NCBI GenBank assembly: GCA_051294375.1
Contig: CM119265.1
Location: 3,397,844 to 3,461,843, forward strand
Direction: 5' to 3'
DNA from: Paraspadella gotoi
Lineage: Eukaryota; Animalia; Chaetognatha
Length of the DNA: 64,000 nucleotides
The notes beneath the pieces are model-generated. The model made no database searches and had not been told where the DNA came from. It saw nothing but the letters and a program-made list of their open reading frames with translations. This document shows positions 37,021 through 50,386 of this stretch, piece after piece; the stretch's first letter is position 1; each line of letters starts with the position of its first letter. The translations under genes and the position numbers were made by a program.

Positions 37021-37779
37021 CATAGAAAAAAGCGTAAAAAAAGGTCGAAAAGTCAAAATCTTGCGGGGAAAGTTTCATCAGTCGAAGTCGAAGCCACTAA
37101 AAAGAGGAAGGGAGGAAGTGTGGGAAGTGTGGAGGAAAGTGTGCGAGTTGAAGAAGTTATGTGGGAAGAGTGTGGCGTAAGTGTGCGGGTAGTGTGGAGA
37201 GTACTGGGGAAGAGTGTTGGAAGTGCTGGGAAGCTATGCGGAAAGAGGTGGGGAGAGTGGGGAGTGTTTGGAGTAAGGCGTAGTAAGAATTTCTAAATTT
37301 AACTTTAATTAAAAATTCTAAAACGTGCAGCGACATGAACAACATTATACTAATGAACATTTATGTAATAAAAAAAATTTATAATAAATTTTTCAATTAT
37401 ACGCACGTTAGGCCATATTTATACTAGTACTAAACCAATAAATGTTAAAATTTCAAAACAGTTTTTTCTAAAGATATTTTGCAGATGGTGGATTCGTCAT
37501 AAAAATGATAAAAAGAAATATACTCTTTGAAAAATTCCTTCATTTAAGTGGCGTCAAAAATTAGAAAAAAGCTATATGTTTAAGCTGAAAATTAACTTTT
37601 TTATATATTAAATGATAGTTTTTTTAATTTTTAACCCAATTAATGAAAGAATGGTTTAAAAATATGGATTTATTATTTTCTTTATCAATCTTGTGACGAG
37701 GAATTCAAATCTGCCAATCAAAATTAAGAAAAGGGCCTATTTTGCAAATTTTTGATTATTAGTATCCCGTATTATTGGT

Positions 37780-39420
37780 GTTTTATTCGTTTACAACAAT
37801 TAGTGAAACAAGTACATTTCAAAAGGGGCATACAGCATTACAGATAAACGCATAAACTTGTACAGTTTACAATTCAACAAAATATGTAAATATTTAATAT
37901 TAACAGAACGAAAAAAGAAAAAAAAAAAAAATCAACAATAAGCGACAAGATTTTAGAATATTGTTTCTAAGAGGAAAAAAGCTGTGGATTTTTCAAATTT
38001 TGATCTACAAGCAAAAATTTTATAGATATCATTATATTCCAAATGAGGACCTTAATGATCGACACTCGCCATCTATTCCAACAAAAATTTTCTATGCCAT
38101 CATTTTATTGCTACATTTACTTTGGTCATATCTTTTGCAAGGATACTCTTTCACTTCACTTCCATACGTAAAGTATTGTTGACACAATGGGTGTAGCTAA
38201 CAAACGCATTAAAACTTCTTCTGAGGCGGTTTATTATAAGGAATTAAGGAGACAATTGCTAGAGCGGATAGAAAGAGGATTAACTCAGGATAATGGCCGC
38301 TCAAAGACAAATGCCTTTTTCATTACTAAGATTAAACCGAGATATTTCCATCGCGTCTACGAATTCAATGATATTTCTTTAATTAGTAAAGAACTTTGTT
38401 GATACAATACTTTTGTTTGCCAAAATACATTGTTATTTTGTTTTCTTAAAATTAAAACTAAAAGCATTGCTACTACTATAGTTAGCACATAATATCAATC
38501 ATTTTTTTTCCATACCAGAAATCTGTTGGAGATAAACAAAGCCTATATCGTTCAGCCGTAAAAAATGGCTAGCAGCAAATAAATGATTCTATATGGCAAC
38601 CCAAAACCAGGATTTTCGTAATTGAATATCAAGTCATCAACATAAAACTGCCCACAGATAGGGACTTTTAAAATACCACCCTGACGAACCCCAGAAAACA
38701 ATAGAGAAAATAACTGAAAAAGATGTCAGACCATCTACACCTACTGCGGAGATTTAAGGTACCAGTAAGTAATAAGTCGTAAAAAATAGTTAAGTGGAAA
38801 TGCCTATGAGTTTTAGAAAAAACCATAATGGTTAACGGCTTGTCAAATCATTTGAGCAATCCATAATAGGCAAACACCCAGAACCATTGCAAGAAAATGA
38901 TTAACACACGCTTCGATTGACAAAAACAGCTGAGGAAGCCTAGAATGATTTTTTTATGCTAACCAAACTGTAAGGTCATCAGACTCCAAATAAGTGTCCG
39001 ATTTTCATAAAGTTAGAACATTGTTCTAAACAATTTTTTGACTAAAAAACAGAACTTAAAGTTATTCCCTCTATAATTGTTTAGCACTGTAATTACCATC
39101 TTATAGTCTTTTACTATAGGAAACCAATAACTCAGACAAAAAATCATTTAACCAAACATAACCGTGCTGTATAAGACATTAAATAAAATGGCGAGATGTA
39201 CAAACAATTTTTGTGAAGGTGCATAAATTATATGCTCCGTCTTAACAAAATACTGCAGTACTTTTTCCAGCCTTTATTTTAGATGCTGCGTCTAAAATAA
39301 TCATTCCAATAAGGATAGTACTATATATAAATATAGCCTTACTGCGAAATTAAAAATAGCAAAATAAATTTTACAAATTAAGTTCACTGATGGTATAGCA
39401 TAATTGACATTAGAATTTTT
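37780..39420 (-). mobile_element. Degenerate non-LTR retrotransposon (LINE) reverse-transcriptase fragment
   Basis: Frameshifted minus-strand translation gives NNYRGITLSSV, LQFG, MDCS..FDK.NH, GVRQGG...SP, YVDDL and FY.DDI.L.SP in the order expected for a LINE RT. Confidence 0.8.
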
Positions 39421-39882
39421 CGATATAACTTCACTGATCGCAATGTGGAGAGTATGCGGAAGAGTGTGGGAAGTGTGGGGGAGAGTGTGGGATGTTTGTG
39501 GGGGAAAGTTGTGGGGAATGTCGGTGATTTGTGAAAAAGAGAGTGTTTATGGTTTTAGAGATAAAGATTTGTGTCAAACTGAATGGGATTATATACAATA
39601 TAAAATATACATAGATATTTGAAAATTAAGTGATTCAAAAAAGTAAAATCGTTCAAAATGGACTTTATTGCATTTACTGGCGAAATATTAGAGTTTTACC
39701 AATTTTAACAATAAAATTAGGATTTAGACCTGTTCAATATTGAGAGAATTTTTTCGGTTTTTTTTTTTTAAATTTGGTGACAATTCAAATGTGGGAGAAC
39801 CCATTGGTGAAAGAGAGACAATTCTCTACGCTGTTACGACGCTGTAGACGATAACGATGACGGCATGACAGGAGCGATAGAG

Positions 39883-39914
<32 letters not shown>

Positions 39915-40081
39915 AAAACGATTTCGATGCAAACGACGAGAAAAGAGATAAATTTCTTCTTTTTTTTTTTGTTTCCCGACGAAAGATTTTTTTCCTCGAA
40001 ATTTTTCGTCTTCAGATTTTAAGATTTCGATTTTTTTTTCCCAAAATTTTTCACGATTTTTCTTCGACGAAAAATCGGGGA

Positions 40082-40197
40082 TGAATTCGGGTCTGAATCT
40101 GAATCTGAATTCGAGTCTGAATCTGAATCTGAATTCGGGTCTGAATCTGAATCTGAATTCGAGTCTGAATCTGAATCTGAATTCGAGTCTGAATCTG
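40082..40197. repeat. (TCTGAA)n hexamer with 24-bp higher-order unit
   Basis: tctgaatctgaatctgaattcgrg repeated about 4-5 times. Confidence 0.85.
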
Positions 40198-41078
40198 GAA
40201 ATAAATGAAAAAAAAAGTTCGTATTTTTGAAAGATGGAAAGTCGTTGACTGCATTTGGAGAAAGGAGGGAGAATCATTGATCGCATCACTGAAGCAAGCG
40301 GTGACTCTTTTCAATCACTGAGAGAATCACAGTTTTCATGTCAGTGATTCCGAAACTGTTGCGTAAATTGAAGTATCGTGACTAATCGCTGTATTTAGCA
40401 ATACTAGATCACATTAAGTCGTGATAAACGAAAGTAGCATCTATTTCAAACTTATTCCAATTTTTGTTTTACATAGTTTACGAGCAGAATTGTGCCAAGT
40501 TTACCCCGCCTATAAACAAGAGTCTTTTATTAGTCACCCGGTGGCTCATTGCGGAAAGCCATCTACTTACGACCTTTAGGAACCGGGAACGATATCCGAT
40601 TCGTACCTACCCTTCAGGAAAAGTGAGAGCGACCGTCAACCGCCTTGGAACCGTGAAAAACTCTGGTGAAAATCCCAGGACCATTGTGGCCGAGGGGGAA
40701 CGAAGATACCGACAGCGCCTTGATTCACAAAATTTTCATATTATTAAATTAATTTAAATTAAATCCATTGACTCGTTACTTAAAGTCTCCGTCTACATTT
40801 TAACATCGGTTCGATTCTTTTTAAAATTCCAACAAATACAACTTTTCAAACGACACATCCTACCACATGCTACCACCTCTTCCACCACATCCTACAACCT
40901 CTTCCACCACCTCTTCCACCACATCCTACCACATACTACTACATCCTACCACCTTTTCCACCTCATGCTACCACCCCACCTCCTTTATTTTATTCTCAAA
41001 CTCACATCGTCTTGAAAAAACCAGAGGAAAAAAATATCAATTACTCTTCGCCGAAAACCAATTCGGTGGTCTCGACGG

Positions 41079-41143
<65 letters not shown>

Positions 41144-41229
41144 TCTAATCGCATCAAAATAATGCGACGCATTAAAGAGAAACGGAGGAATTGAAGGGAG
41201 ATTCGCGAGATTTAAACGAGAGAGTGAGA

Positions 41230-41306
<77 letters not shown>

Positions 41307-41879
41307 AAACCGAGGCGCATTTCCGGGACCATCTTCGCCAACGAGTTTGAAGATTTAAACTTCGTCGAAAACCGAAATTAATTCTGGATGAAAACGAAAA
41401 GAAAATCTCGCGTGGAAGGAGGCGAAATTCTCGACCGAGAAAATCCGGTTTCGAGCGGAAAAATCCGGCAAAAAGGAGTTACTATCAGGATATTGATTTC
41501 AAGCCAAAACTTTTTAATTTACTAGTTTAGTACCAAATATAAACGGAAGAGCGTAAAAAGTGTATATTTAAAAAAAAAAAAATAGAAAAAGAGAAAAAAA
41601 AAGAAGAGTAAGTAGTATATACATATTATATTATATTACATTATTATATTATACATATTAAAAGCTATATGGATCTCACTGTCCAGTATATACTACTGAG
41701 TATATAATTATATTATTTTATATATATATATATTATATATATAATGTAATTACGTCAAAATTGACATAAATATATGGATAAACGGATACAAATGGGCTGA
41801 AAGGGACTGAAACGGTGAGAGTTAGATATAAATAGATCGAAATGTGAAAAAAAGGGTCAAAAAGGGACCATAAAAAGAC

Positions 41880-42110
41880 CAAAACAAGGAACGGTTATTC
41901 CAAGGTGTTGCGCCGCATTATTTTTCTTTTTACTTTTTTGCTTATTTACTTATTTCTTCAAAAACAAAAGGTGGTGCCAGTAGTCGCTTAGATTTGATTT
42001 TTAATAAATGAGCAACAAACTATACGTTTTTAACATGAATGGGACAGACCGACGGACAGACATACCGACCGACGGACCGACCGACCGAAAAGTGACTTAA
42101 ACAGGCTGTT
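41880..42110 (-). mobile_element. HINE-like short element family B (second copy at ~57700-57922 in opposite orientation)
   Basis: The two copies share a (GTCG/GTCY)n microsatellite, tcaaatctaag.gact.ct.gc, and a gcgcaacac...ccgttc(c)ttgttt end. Confidence 0.45.
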
Positions 42111-43063
42111 ATATTGGAATGAGACATCAAAGGTTTTAAAAAAGACCGTCTAATAAATAATGAAAAACTGAACAAATTAGTATGTCTGTAATTTATAATA
42201 TAATATAAATGTATATTTAGAGGGAACATAAAAAAAAAAGAAAAATATAAAAATATAAAAAGAGAGAGAAAAAAAAAAGATTCCATAAAAAGGAATTCCA
42301 AAGAGACTTCATGTCCGATCGCCCGACACCAAAACCTTTTTCATTTCCTCTGACCGACAGAGTTTTTATTTCCCTCTCTACGGTTTTGNNNNNNNNNNNN
42401 NNNNNNNNNNNNNNNNNNNNNNNNNNNNNNNNNNNNNNNNNNNNNNNNNNNNNNNNNNNNNNNNNNNNNNNNNNNNNNNNNNNNNNNNNNNNNNNNNNNN
42501 NNNNNNNNNNNNNNNNNNNNNNNNNNNNNNNNNNNNNNNNNNNNNNNNNNNNNNNNNNNNNNNNNNNNNNNNNNNNNNNNNNNNNNNNNNNNNNNNNNNN
42601 NNNNNNNNNNNNNNNNNNNNNNNNNNNNNNNNNNNNNNNNNNNNNNNNNNNNNNNNCTCCTGGGTGACCTTACAGCCGAGGAGTGTAGTGGAGTGTAAAA
42701 TGTTACTGTATTATTTAGCTTAATCTACAAATTAATGTCCTTTATTTTTATGCAGAGACAATTTTATGTACATACGTGAACTAATAATCTTTCCACTGCT
42801 AAATTAACGAAACCCTAAAAGAAAAAAACCTTACCTTACCTTACCTTACCTCCCATTTTCATCAGGGCCTCGACCAAACAGAAAGGGGGCGATGCCACCC
42901 CAGCGATGCCACCCTAGCGATGCCACCCTGGCGATGCCACCCCGGCCTCCAACCTTTTTGTTTGACCAACGTCGCGGGAACAATGAGAGAATCCATCATA
43001 AGAATGTCCTAAATCCTGTGGGAACTCTGTGGAATAAGAATTGCCCGCTTGGGATGGAGAGGG

Positions 43064-43108
<45 letters not shown>

Positions 43109-43585
43109 TTTATGATTAAAAAAAGATTCCACGGTGCGTTTAACGATCCATGTGGGTAGAAAATGTGGCTTCTGAAGATGACTTCTTCATCCTTCATTTT
43201 TCATCGACTTAACTGTCTTTCTTTTCTCTCTTTCTTTTCTGTCTTTCTTTTCTGTCTTTCTTTTCTTTCTTTCTTTTCTGTCTTTCTGTCTTTCTTTCTG
43301 TCTTTCTTTCTCTCTTTCTTTCTCTCTTTCTTTCTTGCTTTCTTTCTTTTCTGTCTTTCTTTCTTCCTTTCCATCTTTATTTATTTGTCTTTCTTTTCTT
43401 TCTTTCTTTTTTTCGCTTTTCCTTTATTTATCTCTGCTATATCTGTTTTTTAATTTCGTCTTCACGATCATTTTTTTTCTCAAACTTTCATCTTTTGTTT
43501 TTCCAAAAAAAATATTAAAAAACGTTTCTTTTTTATCATTTTAAAAACAAAAAATTCTCGAGTCTTTGGCGCCCAAAATGCGGAC

Positions 43586-43689
<104 letters not shown>

Positions 43690-44187
43690 TTGGAGACAAC
43701 AATCGCTTATTCACAGGAATCGAAGTCATTTTTCTCGCGTATTTGTCGACATCAATGGTGAAAATATTGCTGATTGGGTGGCGCATCGAGGCTGAAGGAT
43801 CATTAGTTCTGAAGATTCTTTTAGTCCCATTTCAACCCAAATGGGTCAGGTCTATTGCAACGAGGGTATGATTTTTGCCAATTTCTCTTTTGTTTTTTCT
43901 CTGTACCTCTATTTAACAATCATTTGCATAAAAGTCGACAAAATACTGTATTTTAGACCCCCCTTGCCATCCTAAACCGTAAATATTGCGCATTTTTTTA
44001 ATTCATCACAAAATTCACTACGAATTCTCGTTAAATGTTACACTTATCAGAAATATCCAGTTTCTTTTACGAAAAAAAAACCAATGAATGGTAACACTTC
44101 GATTCTTTAGGTAAAGAGAAAGTCTTTGAGCTACATTGATTCATGTTTGAGCTCAATTTTATAGCATTTTGTGGAAGCCTTCTCGGC

Positions 44188-44349
44188 ATACTTACCTGGC
44201 TCAGGGGATACCTTGATCAACAAGGAGGTTCCCCCGGGGTGAGGCCCTTCCATTGCACTTCGGTTGGGCTGACCCTTGCGATTTCCCCAAATGTGGGAAA
44301 CTCGGGAGCATAATTTGTGATAGTGGGGTCTGCGTTCGCGCTAACCCCA
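44188..44349 (+). ncRNA. U1: U1 spliceosomal snRNA
   Basis: Starts ATACTTACCTGG (5' splice-site recognition), loop II ATTGCACT (U1A site), stem-loop III TTTCCCCAAATGTGGGAAA, Sm site AATTTGTG, terminal hairpin with TTCG loop; ~162 nt. Confidence 0.97.
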
Positions 44350-44496
44350 TACGATTGACTGAAGTGATCATCTAAAATATAGAATATATATGTATATATA
44401 TAAAATATATGTCAGGTAGAAAACGTTGCTTCATTCTTAAAAAACAAACTCGGATTGGTGTACAGTCACAGTAAAAATAGAAATGGCGAAAATTTA

Positions 44497-45236
44497 ATCA
44501 TGATCGTCATCGTCGCCTCTCTTATCGTCTTCGGTTCTTCGACTGTTGCGTCTCTCGCTCGTCGTTTCATCTCGTCATCACGACATTCCATCTGACGGCC
44601 TGTTCCAACGCCCAACTGCAAAGATTCCAGATCTGTTTAGATTAAGAGTTAGTCTATAAGTTACGTATTACGTTTATGAAGAATGAGGGATGGAGGCCTC
44701 CTGCAACTCACACCACTGTGCCTTATTTATCAAATGATGCGGTTAAACTTTTGTCTGAATGTCACTTACGCTAAAGTGCGGCCCGACGGTAAACAAGTCA
44801 CAGATGGCAGAAGAAGTCTCTCTTTCACCATTTACCTTCACGTTGCTGAGACTTTCATTTCTCATTGCGTTTTTTCTCGACCAAAAACTCATCTTGTACA
44901 GAACAAAAAAGAGTTACTTTATCAACGTTTCGGTTAAGTTCGCATCGAAAAACATTAACATTTACAAGACTCTTTTAATGAACTAGTAGCGGTGAAGGCT
45001 GCTCTCTCTCTCTCTCTCTCTCTTCTCTTCTCTCTCTCTCTCTCTCTCTCTTCCTCTTCTCTCTCTCTCTCTCTCTCTTCTTCTCTCCTCTCTTTCCTTT
45101 TCTCTCTCTCTCTCCACACAAAAGCAAACACACACAGAATAGCTGAAATCAATCAAAACTCTAGTTATCGAATTAAGGCGATTCTTCCTGTTTACATAAA
45201 AACATTCAGGGAAGCAAAGTAGATGGAAGAGGGTTG

Positions 45237-45280
<44 letters not shown>

Positions 45281-45856
45281 CCTCTCTCTCTCTTCTCTCT
45301 CTTTCTCTCTCTCTCTTCTTTTTCTAAACCTTTCCATTTTCCATGGAAACATTTTCAGATTTGAAATAAAGATTTTATTTTCTTTGCAACAAAGAGGTTA
45401 TAACGAACCTAATGGCCGTTCCATTGCAGAAAGTCTTTTTGACGTCTTGTAATCGAATTGGTTATTTCGGCACCGCGCTTTTGTATCATAATCTCAGTGC
45501 CACACTCTTAGTTCCACTATCTCTATGCCACTATCTCACTGCCATTGATCTTCTTAGATGCTGGCGCCGTCTTCCAAGTAATCGACGTTGTCTTCATCAT
45601 CTCTCTACATCCACTTTCGCCCCTTGCTTAAAATGTTGCAACATTTGCGACGTGCTTTCGTCGTCGTCTTTTCGTCGGCGTCTTTGTCGTAGTCCGTCGT
45701 TGTTGTCGTTGTCTTCAATGTCGCGTCGTCGTCGTCGTCGTCGTCTTTCGGTCGTTGTTGGACCTCCCAACTCATGCTTCATTAGATTTTATGGGATTTT
45801 CCGTTTGCACTCCGTTGGTTCGGCGGACACGAGAAAAAATTTATGACGATTTTCCC

Positions 45857-45906
<50 letters not shown>

Positions 45907-45908
45907 AT

Positions 45909-45944
<36 letters not shown>

Positions 45945-45991
45945 TCTCTCTCCTCTTCTCTCTCTCTCTTTCTCTCCTTCTCTCTCTCTCT

Positions 45992-46023
<32 letters not shown>

Positions 46024-46659
46024 CTCTTCTCTCTCCTCTCTCTCTCTCTCATTCTCTTTCTTCCACANNNNNNNNNNNNNNNNNNNNNNNNNGTCATAAA
46101 TTTTTTCTCGTCCGCCGAACCAACGGAGTGCAACGGAAAATCCCATAAAATCTCATGAAGCATGAGTTGGGAGGTCAACAACGACGAAGACGACGACGAC
46201 GACGACGACGACGACATTGAAGACAACGACAACAACGACGACTACGACAAAGACGCCGACGATAAAGACGACGACGAAAGCACGTCGCAAATGTTGCAAC
46301 ATTTTAAGCAAGGGGCGAAGTGGATGTAGAGAGATGATGAAGACAACGTCGATTACTTGGAAGACGGCGCCAGCATCTAAGATAATGGCAGTGAGATAGT
46401 GGCATAGAGATATAGTGAACTAAGAGTGTGGCACTGAGATTATGATACAAAAAGCGCGGTGCCGAAAAATAACCAATTCGATTACAACGACGTCAAAAAG
46501 ACTTTCTGCAATGGAACGGCCATTAGGTCGTTATAACTCTCTTTGTTGCAAAGAAAATAAAATCTTTATTTCAATCTGAAAATGTTTCCATGGAATAATG
46601 GAAAGGTTTAGAAAAGAAGGAGAGAGAGAGAAAGAGAGAGAAGAGAGAGAGAGGAAGAG

Positions 46660-46695
<36 letters not shown>

Positions 46696-46851
46696 ACTTC
46701 AACCCTCTTCCATCTACTTTGCTTCCTGAATGTTTTATGTAAACAGGAAGAATCGCCTTAATTCGATTAACTAGAGTTTGATTGATTTCAGCTTATTCTG
46801 TGTGTGTTTTGCTTTTGTGTGGAGAGAGAGAGAGAGAAGAGAGAGAGAAGA

Positions 46852-46894
<43 letters not shown>

Positions 46895-47422
46895 AGAGAA
46901 GAGAAGAGAGAGAGAGAGAGAGAGAGCAGCCTTCACCGCTACTAGTTCATATAAAAGTCTTGTAAAATGTTTATGTTTTTCGATGCGACTTAACAAACGT
47001 TGATAAAGTAACTCTTCTTTGTTCTGTCACAAATGAGTTTTTGGTCGAAAAAAAACGGAGAGAAATCGAAAGTCTTCAGCCAACGTGAAGGTAAATGTGA
47101 AAGAGAGACTTCTCTCCATCTGTGACTTTTAACCGTCGGGCCGCACTTTACGTAAGTGACATTCAAGACAAAAGTTAACCATCCATTTGATAAATAAGGC
47201 CACAGTGGTGTGAGTTCAGGAGGCCTCCATCCCTCCATCTCTCATACAACGTAATACTAACTTTAGACTAACTCTTAATCTAGAAAGATCTGGAATTTCT
47301 AGTTGGGGTTGAGGACAAGGCCGTCAGATGGAATGTCGTGATTGACGACGATGAGACGACGACGACGACGACGCAACGACGAAAACGAAGACGATAGAGG
47401 CGACGATGACGATCATGATTAA
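44497..47422. repeat. Large inverted duplication (44497-45848 versus 46094-47422) centred on (CT)n plus an N gap
   Basis: The arms are reverse complements with scattered indels; a further partial copy of the right arm lies at 47570-48290. Confidence 0.85.
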
Positions 47423-47718
47423 NNNNNNNNNNNNNNNNNNNNNNNNNGAGACGCGAGAGAGAGAAAGGAGGAGAGAGCGACGAGGGAGCGAGCTTGGAAC
47501 TGTGAGCGAGAGCGAGACGGAGAGTAACCTGAGAGAGAGAGGAGAAGGGAGGAGAGAGAGAGAGATGAGAACTTCAACCCTCTTCCATCTACTTTGCTTC
47601 CCTGAATGTTTTATGTAAACAGGAAGAATCGCCTTAATTCGATAACTAGAGTTTGATTTGATTTCAGCTTATTCTGTGTGTTTGCTTTTGTGTTTTGGTG
47701 GGAGAGAGAGAGAAGAGA

Positions 47719-47799
<81 letters not shown>

Positions 47800-48346
47800 C
47801 AGCCTTTCACCGCTACTAGTTCATATAAAAAGTCTTGTAAAATGTTTATGTTTTTCGATGCGACTTAACAAACGTTGATAAAGTAACTCTTCTTTGTTCT
47901 GTCACAAATGAGTTTTTGGTCGAAAAAAACGAAGAGAGAATCGAAAGTCTTCAGCCAACGTGAAGGTAAATGTGAAAGAGAGACTTCTCTCCATCTGTGA
48001 CTTTTACCGTCGGGCCGCACTTTACGTAAGTGACATTCAAGACAAAAGTTAACCATCCATTTGATAAATAAGGCCACAGTGGGTTGAGTTCAGGAAGGCC
48101 TCCATCCCTCCATCTCTCATACAACGTAATACCTAACTTTAGACTAACTCTTAATCTAGAAAGATCTGGAATTTTCCAGTTGGGGTTGAGGACAAGGCCG
48201 TCAGATGGAATGTCGGTGATGACGACGATGAAGACGACGACGACGACGACAACGACGAAAACGAAGACGATGAGGCGACGATGACGATTAACTTCCGGTG
48301 GATTAAATGTCGGTTCATGTCCCTCAATCGTTTATTAAGCCCATCG

Positions 48347-48429
<83 letters not shown>

Positions 48430-50242
48430 TTCACCCAAAAAATTGGGATGATTAAGAAAGAAAAAAAATTTTTAAAGAGGAAAAAAGATTAGAAAAAAGA
48501 AGAGAAAAGAGATGAAAGGAAAAAAATCATTTATTTGATTCGTGATGAGAGAACGAAGGAGGAAAAGGAAAGGGAAGAAGGAAAAAAGGAGGAAAAAAGG
48601 AAAAAAGGAAAAAGGGAGGAAAAGGAAAGGGAGGAAAGAAAAAGGGAGAAAAAGGAAAGGGAGGAAGGAAAAAGGGAGGAAAAGGAAAAAGAGGAAAAGT
48701 AAAGGGAGAAATGAAAAAGGGAGGAAAAGGAAAGGGAGTGAAAAAAAGGGAGGAAAAGGAAAGGGATAAAGGAGAAAGGAGAAAGGGAGGAAAAGGGAGG
48801 AGAGGAGAGGAGAATAAAAGGGAAGACAGAGGCGGAGAGGAAAAAAAGGAGGATGGAAAATGGAGGAAAGAGGAGAGATGAAAAAGGAGGAAAGAGGAGA
48901 AGAAAAGGAAAGAGAGGAAGGAAAAAGAGAAGAAAGGAGAAGATAGGAAAATGGGGACAGAGGAGAAGAAAGGGAAAGAGAGGAAAAAGGAAAGAGAGTA
49001 ATAGAAAGGAGAAAGTCGGAAAAGAAAGAAAGGAAAAGTGAAAGGAGAAATAGAAGAAAGAGGAAATTATAAGTAAAAATTAGGAGGAAAGAAAAGAAAA
49101 GCAAAGGAACTTCGACGCAGGAAAAAGAAGGGGAAATAAGAGAAAGAAAACAACAGCAACAACAACAAGAACAACAACAACAACCTTACGTGCACTAAAC
49201 CGAGAACGCCAACTCAATTATGCCACTTTTCGAAAGAATCGCGTCTATAAAAAGATTTTACTTATTAGAAAAAATAAATAACAAACTTGAATCACCGACA
49301 CCCCTATTGATTTTAATTAAAAAAGAAAAAAAGTGAAGAAAACAAACAAGTTTTGCACTGGAATAAATCGAATTGGATGCAGTGGCTTCGTTGTGTCATC
49401 GTATTTCATCAAAACCGGCTTCTCCCAATTAATAGCTCTCTCTCTATTTGCAGAAGTGCAGGTGGACTGACGAAACCTGATAACTGCATCTTGAGAGATA
49501 TTATGGCAACAGCCGGTTTGTTTGTGATGCCCATTGGGATGGGGCATCTCACTGTTGGCTTTGGGGGCTTCCGACCCTCAGTGACGCCTACAGTCACTGG
49601 CGCGGTTACCCTAGGACGGTCTCGCTTTGCCAACGCAGAGGGAAGTCGTTAGGACTGTGGATGGAACACTACGCCTGGGATGGTGTGTTCCCCCTCTGAG
49701 CCAATGGATTTGGCTGACAGATGGTGGACGTGAGGCGGTGTGAATATACCACCACAATATCATCATTTCCTTTCTTCCTGCCTGAAGGATCGCATCCGGA
49801 TGCAGTCACTCACTCTACTCTTCCTGATTTTAATTTTCCCTCGAAAATTCGAGGCGAAAGAGAAAATCGTCAAAATCAAAAAAGTTGGATTCGACGTCAA
49901 CTCAGTCGGTAAACTTTTCATTATCTTATTATTTTATTTATATTTGGGTTTTTTTTGTTGTTTTGTTTAGTTTTTTGAGACGGATGTTTCGTTTAGATAA
50001 ACTTGGTTTGTAGTATAGACTAACAAAACAAAGGACACATGAAACAATTGGAACATAAAGAAACACAAAAACAAAAAAAAATCCGACGAAACGAGAAATA
50101 CGGAACCAAAAATCAATTATCAGGTCGACGACGCATCACAGTTTCACCGAGAATTCGTCGCTTCAAAGGTGAATTGTTATAATCGTGATGTCAAATCACC
50201 GGATTTTATGTGTGAAATATGAGATGATAAACGTGAAAAATG

Positions 50243-50351
50243 CTAGGCGGCCACCAGTTCTAGAACCCTGGACCTTTGGGTTGGAAGGCGAATGACTTGC
50301 TTCCAGCACCAGTGGCCGCCGATGAACGTTTGGTGGATTTTAGTCCACCAT
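50243..50351 (-). mobile_element. SINE family 1, 5' half
   Basis: Reverse complement of ggtggactaaaatccacc...aaaggtccagggttctag. Confidence 0.65.
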
Positions 50352-50386
50352 AAACGCTTACTTTACAAGAAAGAAGAAGTAATAAA

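Noticed and set aside
48472-49104. 210-aa Phe/Leu/Ser-rich ORF and Lys/Arg-rich antisense ORFs
   Set aside because: Purine-rich low-complexity DNA.
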